Assembly (NCBI RefSeq): GCF_030028105.1
Contig: NC_092389.1
Span: forward strand, 7,613,180 to 7,677,179
Length of the DNA: 64,000 bases
From: Mobula birostris
Lineage: Eukaryota
Reading direction: 5' to 3'
How positions within the stretch are numbered: position 1 is the stretch's first letter; each line of letters opens with the position of its first letter. Shown here piece after piece: positions 12,050 to 24,869 of the stretch. Made by a program: the position numbers and the translations under genes. The notes beneath the pieces are model-generated. The model searched no databases. It was not told the origin of the DNA and saw nothing but the letters and a program-made list of their open reading frames with translations.

Positions 12050-12630
12050 TGAAAGCTCCCTGAAAGTCATTAGTGTGGTAAAGAAGGCATCTGGGATGCT
12101 TACTTTTGTTAGTCAAGGCTTTGAAGTCAAGAGTCAGGATGCTATAATGCAGCTTCACTAAACTCTTGTTAGATTTGCACTCAATTCTGGTTGCCCCATT
12201 AAAGGAAGGATGCTGAGGCTTTGAAGAGGGTGCAGAAGAGGTTTACCAAGGTGCTGCCTGGATTAGAGAGCATGCGCTATAATGAGTTGGACAAATCTGA
12301 AGTGTTTCCTGTGGGGTGGTGGAGGCTGAGGGGATGCCTGATAGAAGGTTATAAAATGATGAGAGTAGATAGAGTAGACAACAAGTATCTTTTCCCCTGG
12401 TTTAAATGTCTAATACTAAAGGGCATGCATTTAAAGTTTGAGGGGGTAAAGATTAAAGGGAATGTGCAGGGCAAGTTTTTATTTTACACAGAGAGGTGGG
12501 TGACTCAAATGCAGGGCCAGGGCTGTTGGAGGAAGCAGATACAACAGAGGTATTTAAGGTACTCTTAGCTAGATGCAGGAATATACAGAGTTGGATGGAT
12601 ATGGACCATGTTCAGGCAGAAAAGATTTGT
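12050..12630 (+). mobile_element. CR1 3' fragment
   Basis: KRVQKRFTKVLPGLE...RLRGCLIEGYKMM (CR1 ORF2 C-terminus). Confidence 0.8.
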
Positions 12631-12654
12631 CTATGATTTATTTATTTTTTTATT

Positions 12655-12885
12655 TATTGAGATACAGCACAGAATAGGCCCTTCCAACCCTTCAAGCCAT
12701 GGAGCCCAATTTAACCCTAGCCTAATCACAGGACAATTTACAATGAGCAACCGGTACATCTCTGGACTGTGGGAGGAAACCCATGCAGTCACAGGGAGAA
12801 CGTACAAACTCCTTAGGGGCAGCAGCGGGAATTGAACCCAGTCACTGGTACTGTAAAGTGTTGTGCTAACCACTATGCTACCGTG
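12655..12885 (-). mobile_element. V-SINE (HE1-like); related copies near 14255-14530(+), 36975-37150(-), 37265-37540(-), 45000-45125(-), 46465-46650(+), 59840-60190
   Basis: tRNA-like head GGTAGCATAGTGG...GGTTCAATTCC and V-domain-like core GAGTTTGTACGTTCTCCCTGTGAC...GTTTCCTCCCACA. Confidence 0.75.
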
Positions 12886-13035
12886 CCACCCCGTCCACCT
12901 TATCTACACCCCTCATGAATCTATGTTCTGGAGAATCTTTGCTCTTTTTACATCTAAATATCTTGTTCCAATAGCATCTCCTATGTGGTAAATTGCTATG
13001 ACTCGCTAACCTTTCGACATTTCTAATTCCTACAG

Positions 13036-13201
13036 ACAGTAGGGGTTTACGAGCCCTGAGCATTCCCAGTTCCAAGGAAGGGATAACAAAGAATGTTATC
13101 ATATATATATCAGCTGGGATTTTCACCATCTTCATTGCATTCTCTGTACTCCTAGTAATTATATGGAAATATTCATCACGTACAGCACCAAGAAATGAAA
13201 G
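13036..13201 (+). CDS. JAML: JAML-like exon: stalk + transmembrane helix
   Basis: cctacag| acceptor. Phase-1 read-through gives DSRGLRALSIPSSKEGITKNVIIYISAGIFTIFIAFSVLLVIIWKYSSRTAPRNE. Donor AG|gtatat, phase 2. Confidence 0.85.
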
Positions 13202-13278
13202 GTATATTCTTTAAGGAGAGGGATATTGATAGAGTTACAGATTTTGAACAATGTATAATGCTGAACTTTTCTCTCTAG

Positions 13279-13330
13279 TATCAGTGATTCACCAGGATGG
13301 AATGAGGCAAGTGCCCCTGAAAATGTTAAG
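13279..13330 (+). CDS. JAML: JAML-like cytoplasmic exon
   Basis: ttttctctctag| acceptor after a 77-nt intron. Translates (S)ISDSPGWNEASAPENVK. Donor AAG|gtaagc, phase 0. Confidence 0.75.
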
Positions 13331-15249
13331 GTAAGCGGTGTTTTACCATATATAATTTGAGCACAAATGTATTTGTGATTCAGAACAATGAGACGGTTCT
13401 TCCAGTGATTGGCAAGTCACCTGAACTAGACAGTTTTCATCCACTGAAGCTGAAAGTTTCTTTGAATTAGTCACTCTCAGGCTTACTGGCTGTCAAAGCT
13501 GTCATTAATGTTGAATGTTTGTAGTTGTCTTCAACATCCAAGCATTGAAAAACTTAGTGAACTACTAATAAAAACACTTCAGAAATTAAAATATTAAGGA
13601 AACCTTAGAACATGATTCTTCAGTTAAATCAAAACATACATACTGTTCTCTGGTGGGCACTTCTTCCAGTTACTCAGTCTTCCTGCTGGGACTATCCAGG
13701 ACAGGAGAAGTGGGTGAAACTCCTGGTCTTAGACCTAGAGAAAGTGAAGAAGTTTACACTGACCTGCTGGATCTGCAAGGTCTGCATTAGCAAGGTGATA
13801 CTTAATTCGAGAGAAGACTGGACTATGCTTGGACATCCCAAGCTTCCAGCTGGTTAAGTGAATAAAAACCAATAGATTATTTGGCTTTTCAGGAGAGTAC
13901 CTGGTCTGCTAAGTGTTCAATTATGTTCTCAGATTCTGAAAGTTTAAGACTAAATTACCAACAAATTTTGAGTCTTCTTCCAAGCACTCTTTAGATCTAG
14001 AGATAGATCCACTTAAACCTCACCATCCACCAATCTACAGTTAATTCAGTCAACATAAGGTTAATTTCCATGTGATTATACAGAGTCATAGGGTTTTTCA
14101 GCATAGAACAGGCCCTTTGTCCACCACATTTATGCCAAATGTTGTGCCAATGTATACTAATCCCAGTTATCTGCATTAATTCCACATTCTTCTGTGCCCT
14201 GGTACTTGTTACTTCAAGTACCTGTCCAAATGTAATTTGGTGGTGCGGAAGCATAGTAGTTAGCACAACACTCTACCATTGATTAGTCTTCATTTCCCGC
14301 TGTTGTCTGTAAGGAGTTTGTACATTCTCTCTGCTACCGTGTAAGGTTTCCTTCGGGTGCTCCAATTTCCTCCCACATTCCAAAAATGTATGGCTTAGGG
14401 TTAACCGAGTTGTGGGGATGGTATGTTGGTGCTGGAAGTGTGGTGATACTTGCAGGCTGCCCCCAGCACATCCTCAGACTGTGTTGGTCATTGACACAAG
14501 TGACACATTTCACTGCCTGTTTCAATGTACATGTGACAAATAAAGCTGATCTTTAAAAGACTTCTTAAATGCCACCACCTCCTCCTCAGCTCATTCCAGA
14601 TATTAACCATTCTTTGTATGAAAAGTTTACCTCTCAGGTCCCTTTTAAAACTCCTCCATCTCTCCTTAAACTTATGGTCCCTAATTTGAGACACCCCTAC
14701 CACGGGAAACAGATATGAGCCATCTACCCTATCTAACCCTCTCAAATTTCATATAGCTGTGTCATGTCTCCTCTCAGACTCTTTCACACCAGGGAACAAA
14801 AGGTCAGCCTATCCAACCTCTCCTGATAACTCAAGCCCTCTTATTCAGGTTCCTGGTTTAATCACATCTTTCCTATTAGTGTAACATCCAGAATGGCACA
14901 CAATGTAACGATTGAGGCCTAACAATAATTTTGCCCAGCAGTAACAGGACATCCCAGATCTTGTCACTGGCTGGGCTATGAACTGTAAGTATGCCATACA
15001 CTTTCCTCACTACCCTTTCTACCTGTGCTCCAGCTTTCAGGTGACTATGTAATGGTACCCCAAGGTTTGTTTGCTCATTGACACTTCCCAAGGCCCTGTA
15101 TTGTTGAGTCCAGAATGTTACTTCAAATAAAATCAAAGAAACAAAGTCCAAGGTTATGAATTTATCATCTATTTGAAATAATTGTGACATAGTATAAGAA
15201 ATAAGTAGCCAGGATGAGCTGCAGAGTGTTTGGAAACAGCAGGATGGTT

Positions 15250-18200
15250 TTAAGACCATAAGACCATAAGACAAAGGAGCAGAAGTCGGCCATTCGGCCC
15301 ATCGAGTCTGCTCCACCATTTTATCATGAGCTGATCCATTCTCCTATTTAGTCCCACTGCTCCGCCTTCTCACCATAACCTTTGATGCCCTGGCTACTCA
15401 GATACCTATCAATTTCTGCCTTAATTACACCCAGTGAATTGGCCTCCACTGCCGCCCATGGCAACAAATTCCATAGATTCACCACCCTCTGACTAAAAAA
15501 ATTTCTTCGCATCTCTGTTCTGAAAGGGTGCCCTTCAATCCTTAAGTCATGCCCTCTCGTACTAGACTCCCCCATCATGGGAAACAACTTTGCCACATCC
15601 GCTCTGTCCATGCCTTTCAACGTTCGAAATGTTTCTATGAGGTCTCCCCTCATTCTTCTAAACTCCAAGGAATACAGTCCAAGAGCGGACAAATGTTCCT
15701 CATATGTTAACCTTCTCATTCCCAGAATCATTCTAGTGAATCTTCTCTGTACCCTCTCCAACGTCAGCACATCCTTTCTTAATTAAGGAGACCAAAACTG
15801 CCCACAGTACTCCAAGTAAGGTCTCACCAGCGCCTTATAGAGCCTCAACATCACATCCCTGCTCCTATACTCTATTCCTCTAGAAATGAATGCCAACATT
15901 GCATTCGCCTTCTTCACCACCGACTCAATCTGGGGGTTAACCTTAAGGGTATCCTGTACGAGGACTCCCAAGTCCCGTTGCATCTCAGAACTTTGAATTC
16001 TCTCCCCATTTAAATAATAGTCTGCCCATTTATTTCTTCTGCCAAAGTGCAGAACTATACACTTTCCAACATTGTATTTCATTTGCCACTTCTTTGCCCA
16101 TTCTTCCAATCCATCCAAGTCTCTCTGCAGACTCTCTGTTTCCTCAGCACTACTGGCCCCTCCACCTATCTTCGTATCATCAGCAAGCTTAGCCACAAAG
16201 CCATCTATTCCATAATCCAAATCGTTGATGTACAATGTAAAAAGAAGCAGCCCCAACACGGACCCCTGTGGAACACCACTGGTAACTGGCAGCCAACTAG
16301 AATAGGATCCCTTTATTCCCACTCTCTGTTTCCTGCCAATCAGCCAACGCTCTATCCACGTATGTAACTTCCCCGTAATTCCATGGGCTCTTATCTTGTT
16401 AGTAGCCTCATGTGTGGCACCTTGTCAAAGGCCTTCTGAAAATCCAAATATACAACATCCACTGCATCTCCCTTGTCTAGCCTACTTGTAATTTCCTCAA
16501 AAAATTGCAATAGGTTTGTCAGGCAGGATTTTCCTTTAAGGAATCCATGCTGAGTTCTGCCTATCTTGTCATATGCCTCCAGGTACTCTGTAACCTCATC
16601 CTTGACAATCAACTCCAACAACTTCCCAAACACCGATGTCAAGCTAACAAGTCTATAATTTCCTTTTTGCTTCCTTGCCCCCTTCTTAAATAGCGGAGTG
16701 ACATTTGCAATCTTCCAGTCCTCCGGAACCATGCCAGAATCTATTGACTTTTGAAAGATCGTCGCTATTGCCTCCGCAATCTCCACAGCTACTTCCTTCA
16801 GAACACGCGGGTGCATTCCATCTGGTCCAGGAGATCTATCTACCTTTAGACTATTCAGCTTCCTGAGTTCTTTCTCTGTCGTAATTGTGACTGCGCACAC
16901 TTCTCTTCCCTGCCACCTTTGAGTGTCCGGTATACTGCTGATGTCTTCCTCAGTGAAGACTGATGCAAAATACTCATTCAGTTCCTCCGCCATCTCCTCA
17001 TCTCCCATTACAATTTCTCCAGCATCATTTTCTATCGGTCCTATATCTACTCTCACCTGTCTTTTACTCTTTATGTAGTTGAAAAAGCTTTTAGTATCCT
17101 CTTTGATATTATTTGCTAGCTTCCTTTCATAGTTAATCCTTTCCTTCTTAATGACCATCTTAGTTTCCCTTTGTAAGCTTTTAAAAACTTCCCAATCCTC
17201 TGTCTTCCCACTAATTTTTGCTTCCTTTTATGCCCTCTCCTTTGCTTTAACTTTGGCTTTGACTTCCCTTGTCAACCACGGTTGCATCCTTTTCCCATTT
17301 GAAAATTTCTTCTTTTTTGGAATATACCTGTCTTGCACCTTCCTCACTTCTCGCATAAACTCCAGCCACTGCTGCTCTGCTGTCTTTCCCGCCAGTGTCC
17401 CTTTCCAGTCAACTTTGGCCAGTTCCTCTCTCATGCCACTGTAATTTCCTTTACTCCACTGAAATACCGACACATCAGATTTCGGCTTCTCTTTTTCAAA
17501 TTTCACAGTGAACTCAATCATGTTATGATCACTGTCTCCTAAGGGTTCCTTCACCTCTATCTCTCTAATCACCTCCGGTTCATTACACAATACCCAATCC
17601 AGTACAGCCGATCCCCTAATGGGCTCAACAACAAGCTGTTCTAAAAAGCCACTTCGCAGATATTCTACAAATTCTCTCTCTTGAGATCCAGTGCCGACCT
17701 GATTTTCCCAATCCACTCGCATGTTAAAATCCCGCACAATTATCATAACACTGCCCTTCTGACAAGCCTTTTCTATTTCCCGTTGTAATTTGTAGTCCAC
17801 ATCCCTGCAGCTGTTAGAAGGCCTGTATATAACTGCCACCAGGATCCTTTTACCCCTGCAATTTCTTAGCTCAACCCATAAAGATTCTGCACTTTCCGAT
17901 CCTATGTCACCTCTTTCTAGTGATTTAATATCACTTCGTACCAATAAAGCCACACCTCCCCCTCTGCCTACCTTCCTATCCTTCCGATACACCGTGTATT
18001 CTTGGACGTTCAGCTCCCAGAGACATGCATCCTTTAGCCACGTCTCAGTGATGGCCACAATATCATACCTGCCAATCTGTAGCTGTACGACAAGATGATC
18101 CACCTTATTTCTTATGCTGCATGCATTTAAGTATAACACCTTAAGACCAGTATTAGGTACTTCTCACTTTGATTTCACTGCAACTTTATTGCACTGCAAC

Positions 18201-19650
18201 TCATCCCAATGGCTACAAATTTGACCCATCACCTGCCTGTCTTTCCTGACATCTTTACTGCTCACTATCTTAGATTTATTTCTGTTTTCCCCTTTTTCTC
18301 CGCTCTATCATTTCGGTTCCCATCACACTGCCAAATTAGTTTAAACCCTCCCTAGCGGCTCTATTAAACCTTCCCGCCAGGATATTGGTCCCCTTCGGGT
18401 TCAGGTGTAACCTGTCCATTTTGAACAGGTCATACTTCCCCCAGAAGAGATCTCAATGATCCAAGACTCTGAAGCCCTGCCCCCTGCACCAGTCTCTCAG
18501 CCACACATTCGTCTGCCTGATCCGACTATTCTTGCCCTCGCTAGAACGTGGCACAGGTAGCAATCCTGAGATCACTACCCTGGAGGTCCTGCTTCTCAGC
18601 TTCCTTCCTAACTCCCAGAAATCTCTCTTCAGGACCTCCTTCCTTATCCTATCTATGTCATTGGTACCAACATGTACCAAGACAACTGGCTGCTCACCCT
18701 CCCCCTTTAGAATATTCTGGACCCGATCTGAGACATCCCGTACCCTGGCACCTGGGAGGCAACACACCATGTGGGTATCTCTATCAGGCTCACAGAATCT
18801 CCTGTCTGTTCCCCTGGCTATGGAATCCCCTATGACTACCACATTCTTTTTCTCCCTCCTTCCCTCCTACACAACAGCGCCAGGCTCAGTGCCAGACACC
18901 CAGTCACCATGGGCATCCCCTGTCAGGTCATCCCCCTCAACAGCATTCAGAACAAGATACTTTTTGCTGAGTGGGACAGCCACAGGTGTGCTCTCCACTA
19001 TCCGGGCATTTTCCTTCCCTCTCCTGACAGTCACCCAGTTTTCTGACCCCTGTAGCCTAGGGATGACTACCTCCCTGTAGCTCTTGTCTATCACCTCTTC
19101 ACTTTCCCTGATAAGCAGTAGGTCATCAAGCTGCAGCTCCAGATCCCTAACACGGTCTCTGAGGAGCTGTATCTCGGTGCACCTGGTGCAGATGTGGCCA
19201 TCAGGGAGGCTGGAGGTCTCCCAGGATTCCCACATCTGACACCCTGAACAAAGCACTAACCCTGCAGGCATGATATCTAATTCTACAGGAATGAAACAGG
19301 AAAAATAAGTCAACTCACCCACTTACCTCGCCAAACAGACGAACTTTTAAACTGTTAGCCCGTACCATTAGCTGTGTGAGCCCTGCTGTTCCTGTCTGTC
19401 CGGGCCAATTCGCCAAGAGGAAAAAAAAGAGAGTTGGTGCTTCGCTTTCTCCTCTTCCCATTTACTGCTGAAGCCCATTGAAGCCAAAGCCCTACACTCT
19501 GCTACCACTCACTCTGCTGCCCGCTCTGACAGCTGCCCGCTGTATAGTCACGCACCTGCGCAGTCTCGTCCTTCTTGCACTCAAAGAAGTTTTTTAAAAA
19601 AACTGCCTTCCTTCAGAATTCAGCTCCCATGCCGTTCTGTTGTCCCGATC
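15250..19650 (-). mobile_element. Near full-length CR1 LINE (5'UTR, ORF1 with zinc finger/leucine zipper + SGNH esterase, ORF2 with APE + RT), inactivated by indels/stops
   Basis: ORF1 from ATG 19271: C-x2-C...C-x2-C, LLRDRV..LELQL, VIGDSI and VHVGTND. ORF2: YLNACSIRNK, ETWL, YLDFQKAFD, GVPQGSVLG and LADDTK. Tail (accataag)n on + strand. ORFs are split into 6 pieces. Confidence 0.95.
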
Positions 19651-20518
19651 CAAAAGTGGCTCTTCTGTCACGTTTCAGTGGGAGAATTGGAGTACAGAGG
19701 TGAAGACCTTCTATCAAAGAGATAGGAAACTAGAGACATAGGACATTTAAATGATAAAGTTAAGGTACTAGAGGGCCAGGTTTGATTGGGTGAATAAGGA
19801 TCTTAAAGAGCTGGACTTCAATGATCGGGTTAAAGTATTTAATTTAAGCTACCATGGGAATAAAATTCACAGCAGAAGTTGAAATACTTGAACTTGGAAC
19901 TCAAAGAGGTGATATAAGGAAATGAAAGGTTAGGCTTTATTAGTCCAATGGCCTTCTCTCTTTGATTATGTTAGTATGAAAATATTATCAAGTATAGCGA
20001 ACTATTCACTATGTAAAATTATATTTCTAGCTCAAGTCTTTGAGAACTGTCCACTCATCATATTTGGTTGACTTCCTCAGGTGTTGGGTGGCACTGAAAA
20101 TAATTGCAATTCAGAGAAAGTTGTTTCACTGCCTTATTTCAATAGGTTTCAATAGGTACATTTAATGTCAGAGAAATGTATACAATATACATCCTGAAAC
20201 TCTTTTTCTTTGCAAACATTTGCGAAAACAGAGGAGTGACCCAAAGAATGAATGACAGTTAAATGATAGAACCCCAAAGCCCCCCACAGCTCCCCTCTCC
20301 CATGTACAAGCAGCAGCAAAGCAACGTCCCCCACCAGCAAAAAATCATCAGCACCCCAAAGACTTTGCGTTTCACCTGGTATTCAACATACCACAGGCTC
20401 TCTCTCCCCCTAATAAGGGAAAAAGAGCAGTCCCTATTTCACAGCAAGAGGGGAGACATAATAAAACAACACACATCGAAGTTGCAGCAGGCCAGGCAGC
20501 ATCTCTAGGAAGAGGTAC

Positions 20519-20554
20519 AGTCGACGTTTCGGGCCGAGACCCTTCGTCAGGACT
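20519..20554 (-). ncRNA. Minimal type-I hammerhead ribozyme motif (intact core)
   Basis: AGUC-CUGACGA-A-GGGUCUCGGCCC-GAAA-CGUC-GACU: helix I AGUC/GACU, full conserved core, helix II GGG/CCC, palindromic ACGU helix III and GUC cleavage triplet. Confidence 0.75.
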
Positions 20555-21307
20555 AACTGAAGGAAGAGTGAGTAAGGGATTTGAAAGTTGGAGGGGGAGG
20601 GGGAGATCCAAAATGATAGGAGAAGACAGGAGGGGGAGGGATAGAGCCAAGAGCTGGACAGGTGATAGGCAAAAGGGGATACGAGAGGATCATGGGACAG
20701 GAGGTCCGGGAAGAAAGACAAGGGGGGGGGACCCAGAGGATGGGCAAGAGGTATATTCAGAGGGACAGAGGGAGAAAAAAGAGTGAGAGAAAGAATGTGT
20801 GCATAAAAATAAGTAGCAGATGGGGTACGAGGGGGAGGTGGGGCCTTAGCGGAAGTTAGAGAAGTCGATGTTCATGCCATCAGGTTGGAGGCTACCCAGA
20901 CGGAATATAAGGTGTTGTTCCTCCAACCTGAGTGTGGCTTCATCTTTACAGTAGAGGAGGCCGTGGATAGACATATCAGAATGGGAATGGGATGTGGAAT
21001 TAAAATGTGTGGCCACTGGGAGATCCTCCTTTCTCTGGCGGACGGAGCATTACACACATTCTTTCTCTTTCTCTCCTTTTTCTCCCTCTGTCCCTCTGAC
21101 TATACCCCTTTCCCCTTCTCTGGGTTTTCCCTCCATCCCCCTTTTCCTTCTCCCTGGGCCTCCTGTCCCATGATCCTCTCATATCCCTTTTGCCAATCAC
21201 CTGTCCAGCTCTTGGCTCCATCCCTCCCCCTCCTGTCTTCTTCTATCATTTTGGATCTCCGCCTCCCCCTCCCACTTTCAAATCTCTTACTAGCTCTTCC
21301 TTCAGTT

Positions 21308-21343
21308 AGTCCTGACGAAGGGTCTCGGCCTGAAACGTCGACT
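21308..21343 (+). ncRNA. Minimal type-I hammerhead ribozyme motif (G-U at base of helix II)
   Basis: AGUC-CUGACGA-A-GGGUCUCGGCCU-GAAA-CGUC-GACU. Confidence 0.7.
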
Positions 21344-22210
21344 GGCCTGCTGCGTTCCACCAGCAACTTTGATGTGTGTTGCTTGAATTTCCAGCATCTG
21401 CAGAATTCCTTGTGTCTGCGTAACAAAACAACTCGCTGATTTGTGGTGTTAAAATTCTATTGCATTGCTTTTTCCGAGCTGTGTGGGCACACAGCCAGTA
21501 GCAAGGCTACTGCTTCTGACCTTCCTTGTTCTCCCGTGACGCATCAGGCAGCAGCACCAGCCTTGAATCAGCCCACCCCCAGAGCCATGAAAATCTGGCA
21601 CCCTGAAGGCGCGCTCGTCTTCTAGGTTGCTTCCTTGGCATATTGAAAAGCGGCCGGTCGCGAGGCCCTGAGAGCGGGTCCCACTCCCGCAAAGAACCAA
21701 AGTCAGAGTATAACTCCAGGTCAGGGTCTTCAAAAGAACCTTGAAAGGGAAAAAAAAAAAGATATCAAAGATAGAAATAAAGCTGTTTCCAAAGATGCAA
21801 GCAAAGGAGTCGCCATTTAACGCCATCATCACTACATCTCTGAACATCCTCAAGTGCAAAGGGCTTGGGTACTTCATTAAAACAACCTGAACAGTGAGTT
21901 TTGCAAGTTAGCTGTTGATGCCACTACAACTGACCCTAATCTAATATATGCCAGTCAGAAGGAAAAACGAGATCTGCTGCTGCCCAAACAGGGGTCACAA
22001 GTCAAATGTGTGACTAATTCAGCCCCAGCTGAAGTAAAACAAGTCAGCACAGAGCACTGATAGAACCTGCAGCCTCCCTAGCCCACACTAACACGCTCCA
22101 TGCTGCCTTAGCTCAATAAGCAATACAAGTCAAGACCAGTAGGAACTGAATTAGAATTTTTGAAGGACAAAGAGTCAGTTGATTAATCAAGTATTTTCAC
22201 CAACAATCAG

Positions 22211-22336
22211 GAAACAGGTGGTTATTTAACTGTGAACCGGCAACCAGCACATCAGAACGACAGAAAAAGGACATCTGTGGAGGAAAGGCAAAATAAGGAA
22301 ACAAAAAAAGATGAAGATGAAACCTATGTAACGATG
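22211..22336 (+). CDS. JAML: JAML-like cytoplasmic exon ending in YVTM (YxxM) motif
   Basis: aatcag|GAA acceptor. Translates ETGGYLTVNRQPAHQNDRKRTSVEERQNKETKKDEDETYVTM. Donor ATG|gtaaga. Exactly 42 codons. Confidence 0.75.
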
Positions 22337-24081
22337 GTAAGATGGTTAGAGGTATAATTCTGAATATAGAGGACTGCTGTAAATAGAAAACATTGTACAA
22401 GTTGGCTATCTAAAATTATCTATCCAACTGTAACACTTTATTCTGAATTTGGTTACTGTTTTCCATTGGACTACCTCAGTACGCTGTTGTAATGGCCAGC
22501 AAAATAAAGCTTTTTTCACTGTACCTTGGTACATATGACCACAAAAAAACAACCTACCAATTTGCCATTGGACACACACATAATGTAAATACTTTGTAGA
22601 AGATACTGTCCATTAGAGTTGAACTCAGTTCTATTTCCCGAACGGCCTATCACATACTTCATTCTCACTTTCCTATCAAATACCAGAATCCTACACACTG
22701 ACTTTAACTCTGTGATCCAAAGAGTTGGTTTGGTCACATATTATACAGCTTGGAAGTTTCCTATGCCATATCTTTTAGTCCTCAGTTCCTCTTAGTTGTT
22801 CCCTAGCATTTGAACCAATGAAGAATTTATGCAGGTCAGCTTTGCCGCTTGCCTTTATTATCTCAAAGATTTCATTGAGATTACCTGAAAACTTTTCCTT
22901 TACCAACGAAATCACACCACTGAACCTATTCTGAAAAGCAGGAATTATCAATGGTATTTATTTGTTTACCCTTAAAATGGACCAACAATTCCCATCCCTC
23001 TTGGATGGTTCTGGAGTATCCATAGAACATAGAACATAGAAGAGTACAGCACAGGAATGGGCCATTTGGCCCACATTGTTGAGCTGAACCAGCTACAAAG
23101 CAAATTAAAACCACTTGCATACTAATCCCTCCTACCTGCATCATGTCCATATCCCTCCATCTTCCTTATTTTCATATCCCTATCCAAACATCTTTTAAAA
23201 GACTCTAATGTATTTGCCTCTACCACCATACCAGGTATCCATGATCAACAATTTTGAGAAATACCGGATAAGCTTCACTAGGAACACTTCTAACATCATA
23301 CTTTTGAATAAATACATTTTGAAGAAATATCATTAATATACAAATAATAAAATGGTGTGAAATAATGGGGCAAGGGCAAGCTGCATCACTATACAGATGG
23401 TTATTTAGATAAAGAATAGGAAGGATTGTGCATCTCTTTATTGTCTTTTACAACTGCAAACCAAAACAAATTACCTCACAGTCACTGAGGTACCTTTTGA
23501 ACAGAGTTCACTTTTGCACAGTAGAAAACTCAGCAGGCAGATTTTCACACAATAATGTGATCATTTGTTTTCAATGTTAGTTATGGGTTAGCGAGTGACC
23601 AGGATGCCAGGAATGCTATTTCTGTGTTTCTTCAAAATCATACCATGGAATTCTTAATAACTACCCGGGAAGGCAAAAGTTCAACACCTCATCCAGAAGG
23701 TGGCACTCCCACGGTGCTGAATTGGAGAGGCAGTCTGAATTTTCAGTTTTCCCAAAAGTAGAACTTGAATCCTCAGACATCTGAGAAGAGAAAAACGATG
23801 ATTCAATGTGACACCAGTCTGGTTACAGCAACTTTATTGCATTAAAATAAAGACAACTATTCTCTTATAACTGCTTACTCAGTAGATTACAACACGTTTT
23901 ACCATCTCATATTAGACAGAGGCTCAGAGGCAGTGGATTTATTACACCAGCTAATTCCCTTTAACCAGCCCTGATTTATCATCATTTGGATCAGCTCATT
24001 TCTGTATTCATGTTTTATAACTCTACCTTTGATGAAGGATCTAGTGCTTTCCCGGTGTGTATGATGAATAATCTCTTCTCT

Positions 24082-24162
24082 GGCTTCCAGCCGGGTACAT
24101 GTATCAATTTTACCATTATCGAATCGTCAGTTAAAATCGATATCTGTACCCGGCTGGAAGCC
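24082..24162. repeat. 81-nt inverted repeat/hairpin
   Basis: Perfect 18-bp arms GGCTTCCAGCCGGGTACA (24082-24099) and TGTACCCGGCTGGAAGCC (24145-24162), with imperfect pairing continuing inward. Confidence 0.85.
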
Positions 24163-24869
24163 CAGGGAAAGTTTATACATCAATTATATCTTATACTATT
24201 TATGGGTACATTATATATGAATTTGTACATTTATAAATTACTTACTCCTCGCACGTCGTCATCAGAGGTAAGACTATCATTTAGTTCCATCTCCAACTGT
24301 CCTAATCTGAGTGACTTGCTCAGCCATTCAGAGGGAAGTTAAGAACCAGACCAGGTAAAAATGGTAGATCTTCTTTTCTGAAGGAAATTAGTAAATCAGA
24401 TGGCGGTCTGGTTGTTTCATAGTCACCATAACCTATACTACCTTTTAACTCCAGATGTATTTAATACCTAAGATTAAGTTCACCAACATCCATGATGGGA
24501 TTCAAACCAAAGTGTCCAGCAATAATCCAAGCCTCTGGATAACAGTTCAGTCATTCAGCCAACATACATATGCTCTTTAGTACAGACACTTCCTTCATCT
24601 AATCACAAGAGCCCTGAGAGTTTCTCACTTTTCCTGCAGTTTATTGTGATTTAGCCATTTGTTTGTGGCAGCAAGATTTGGAGTTCAATTTACAAGGATA
24701 TAGTGTAGTGAAGGTCGAATGTGAGATGCTCGTAGGGCCATCATTTTATTTATGGTTCAAAGTGCAAGTGACATTAAAGTTATGCAGCAGCTGACTTAAC
24801 TCCACAATTTAACCAGCTTCTTACACAAAGTAACTTGGAATTTATTCATAATAAATGATTTGGAAGCTT

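Larger units (their letters stand above)
20471..21420. mobile_element. Penelope-like inverted bipartite cassette with 12-bp TSD
   Basis: Minus arm 20471-~21050 encodes the GIY-YIG tail HFNSTSHSHSDMSIHGLLYCKDEATLRLEEQHLIFRLGSLQPDGMNIDFSNFR*. Plus arm 21052-21420. TAATAAAACAAC 20459-20470 vs TAACAAAACAAC 21421-21432. Confidence 0.85.

Noticed and set aside
23986-24342. 118-aa ORF
   Set aside because: No motifs or splice support; it spans the hairpin repeat.
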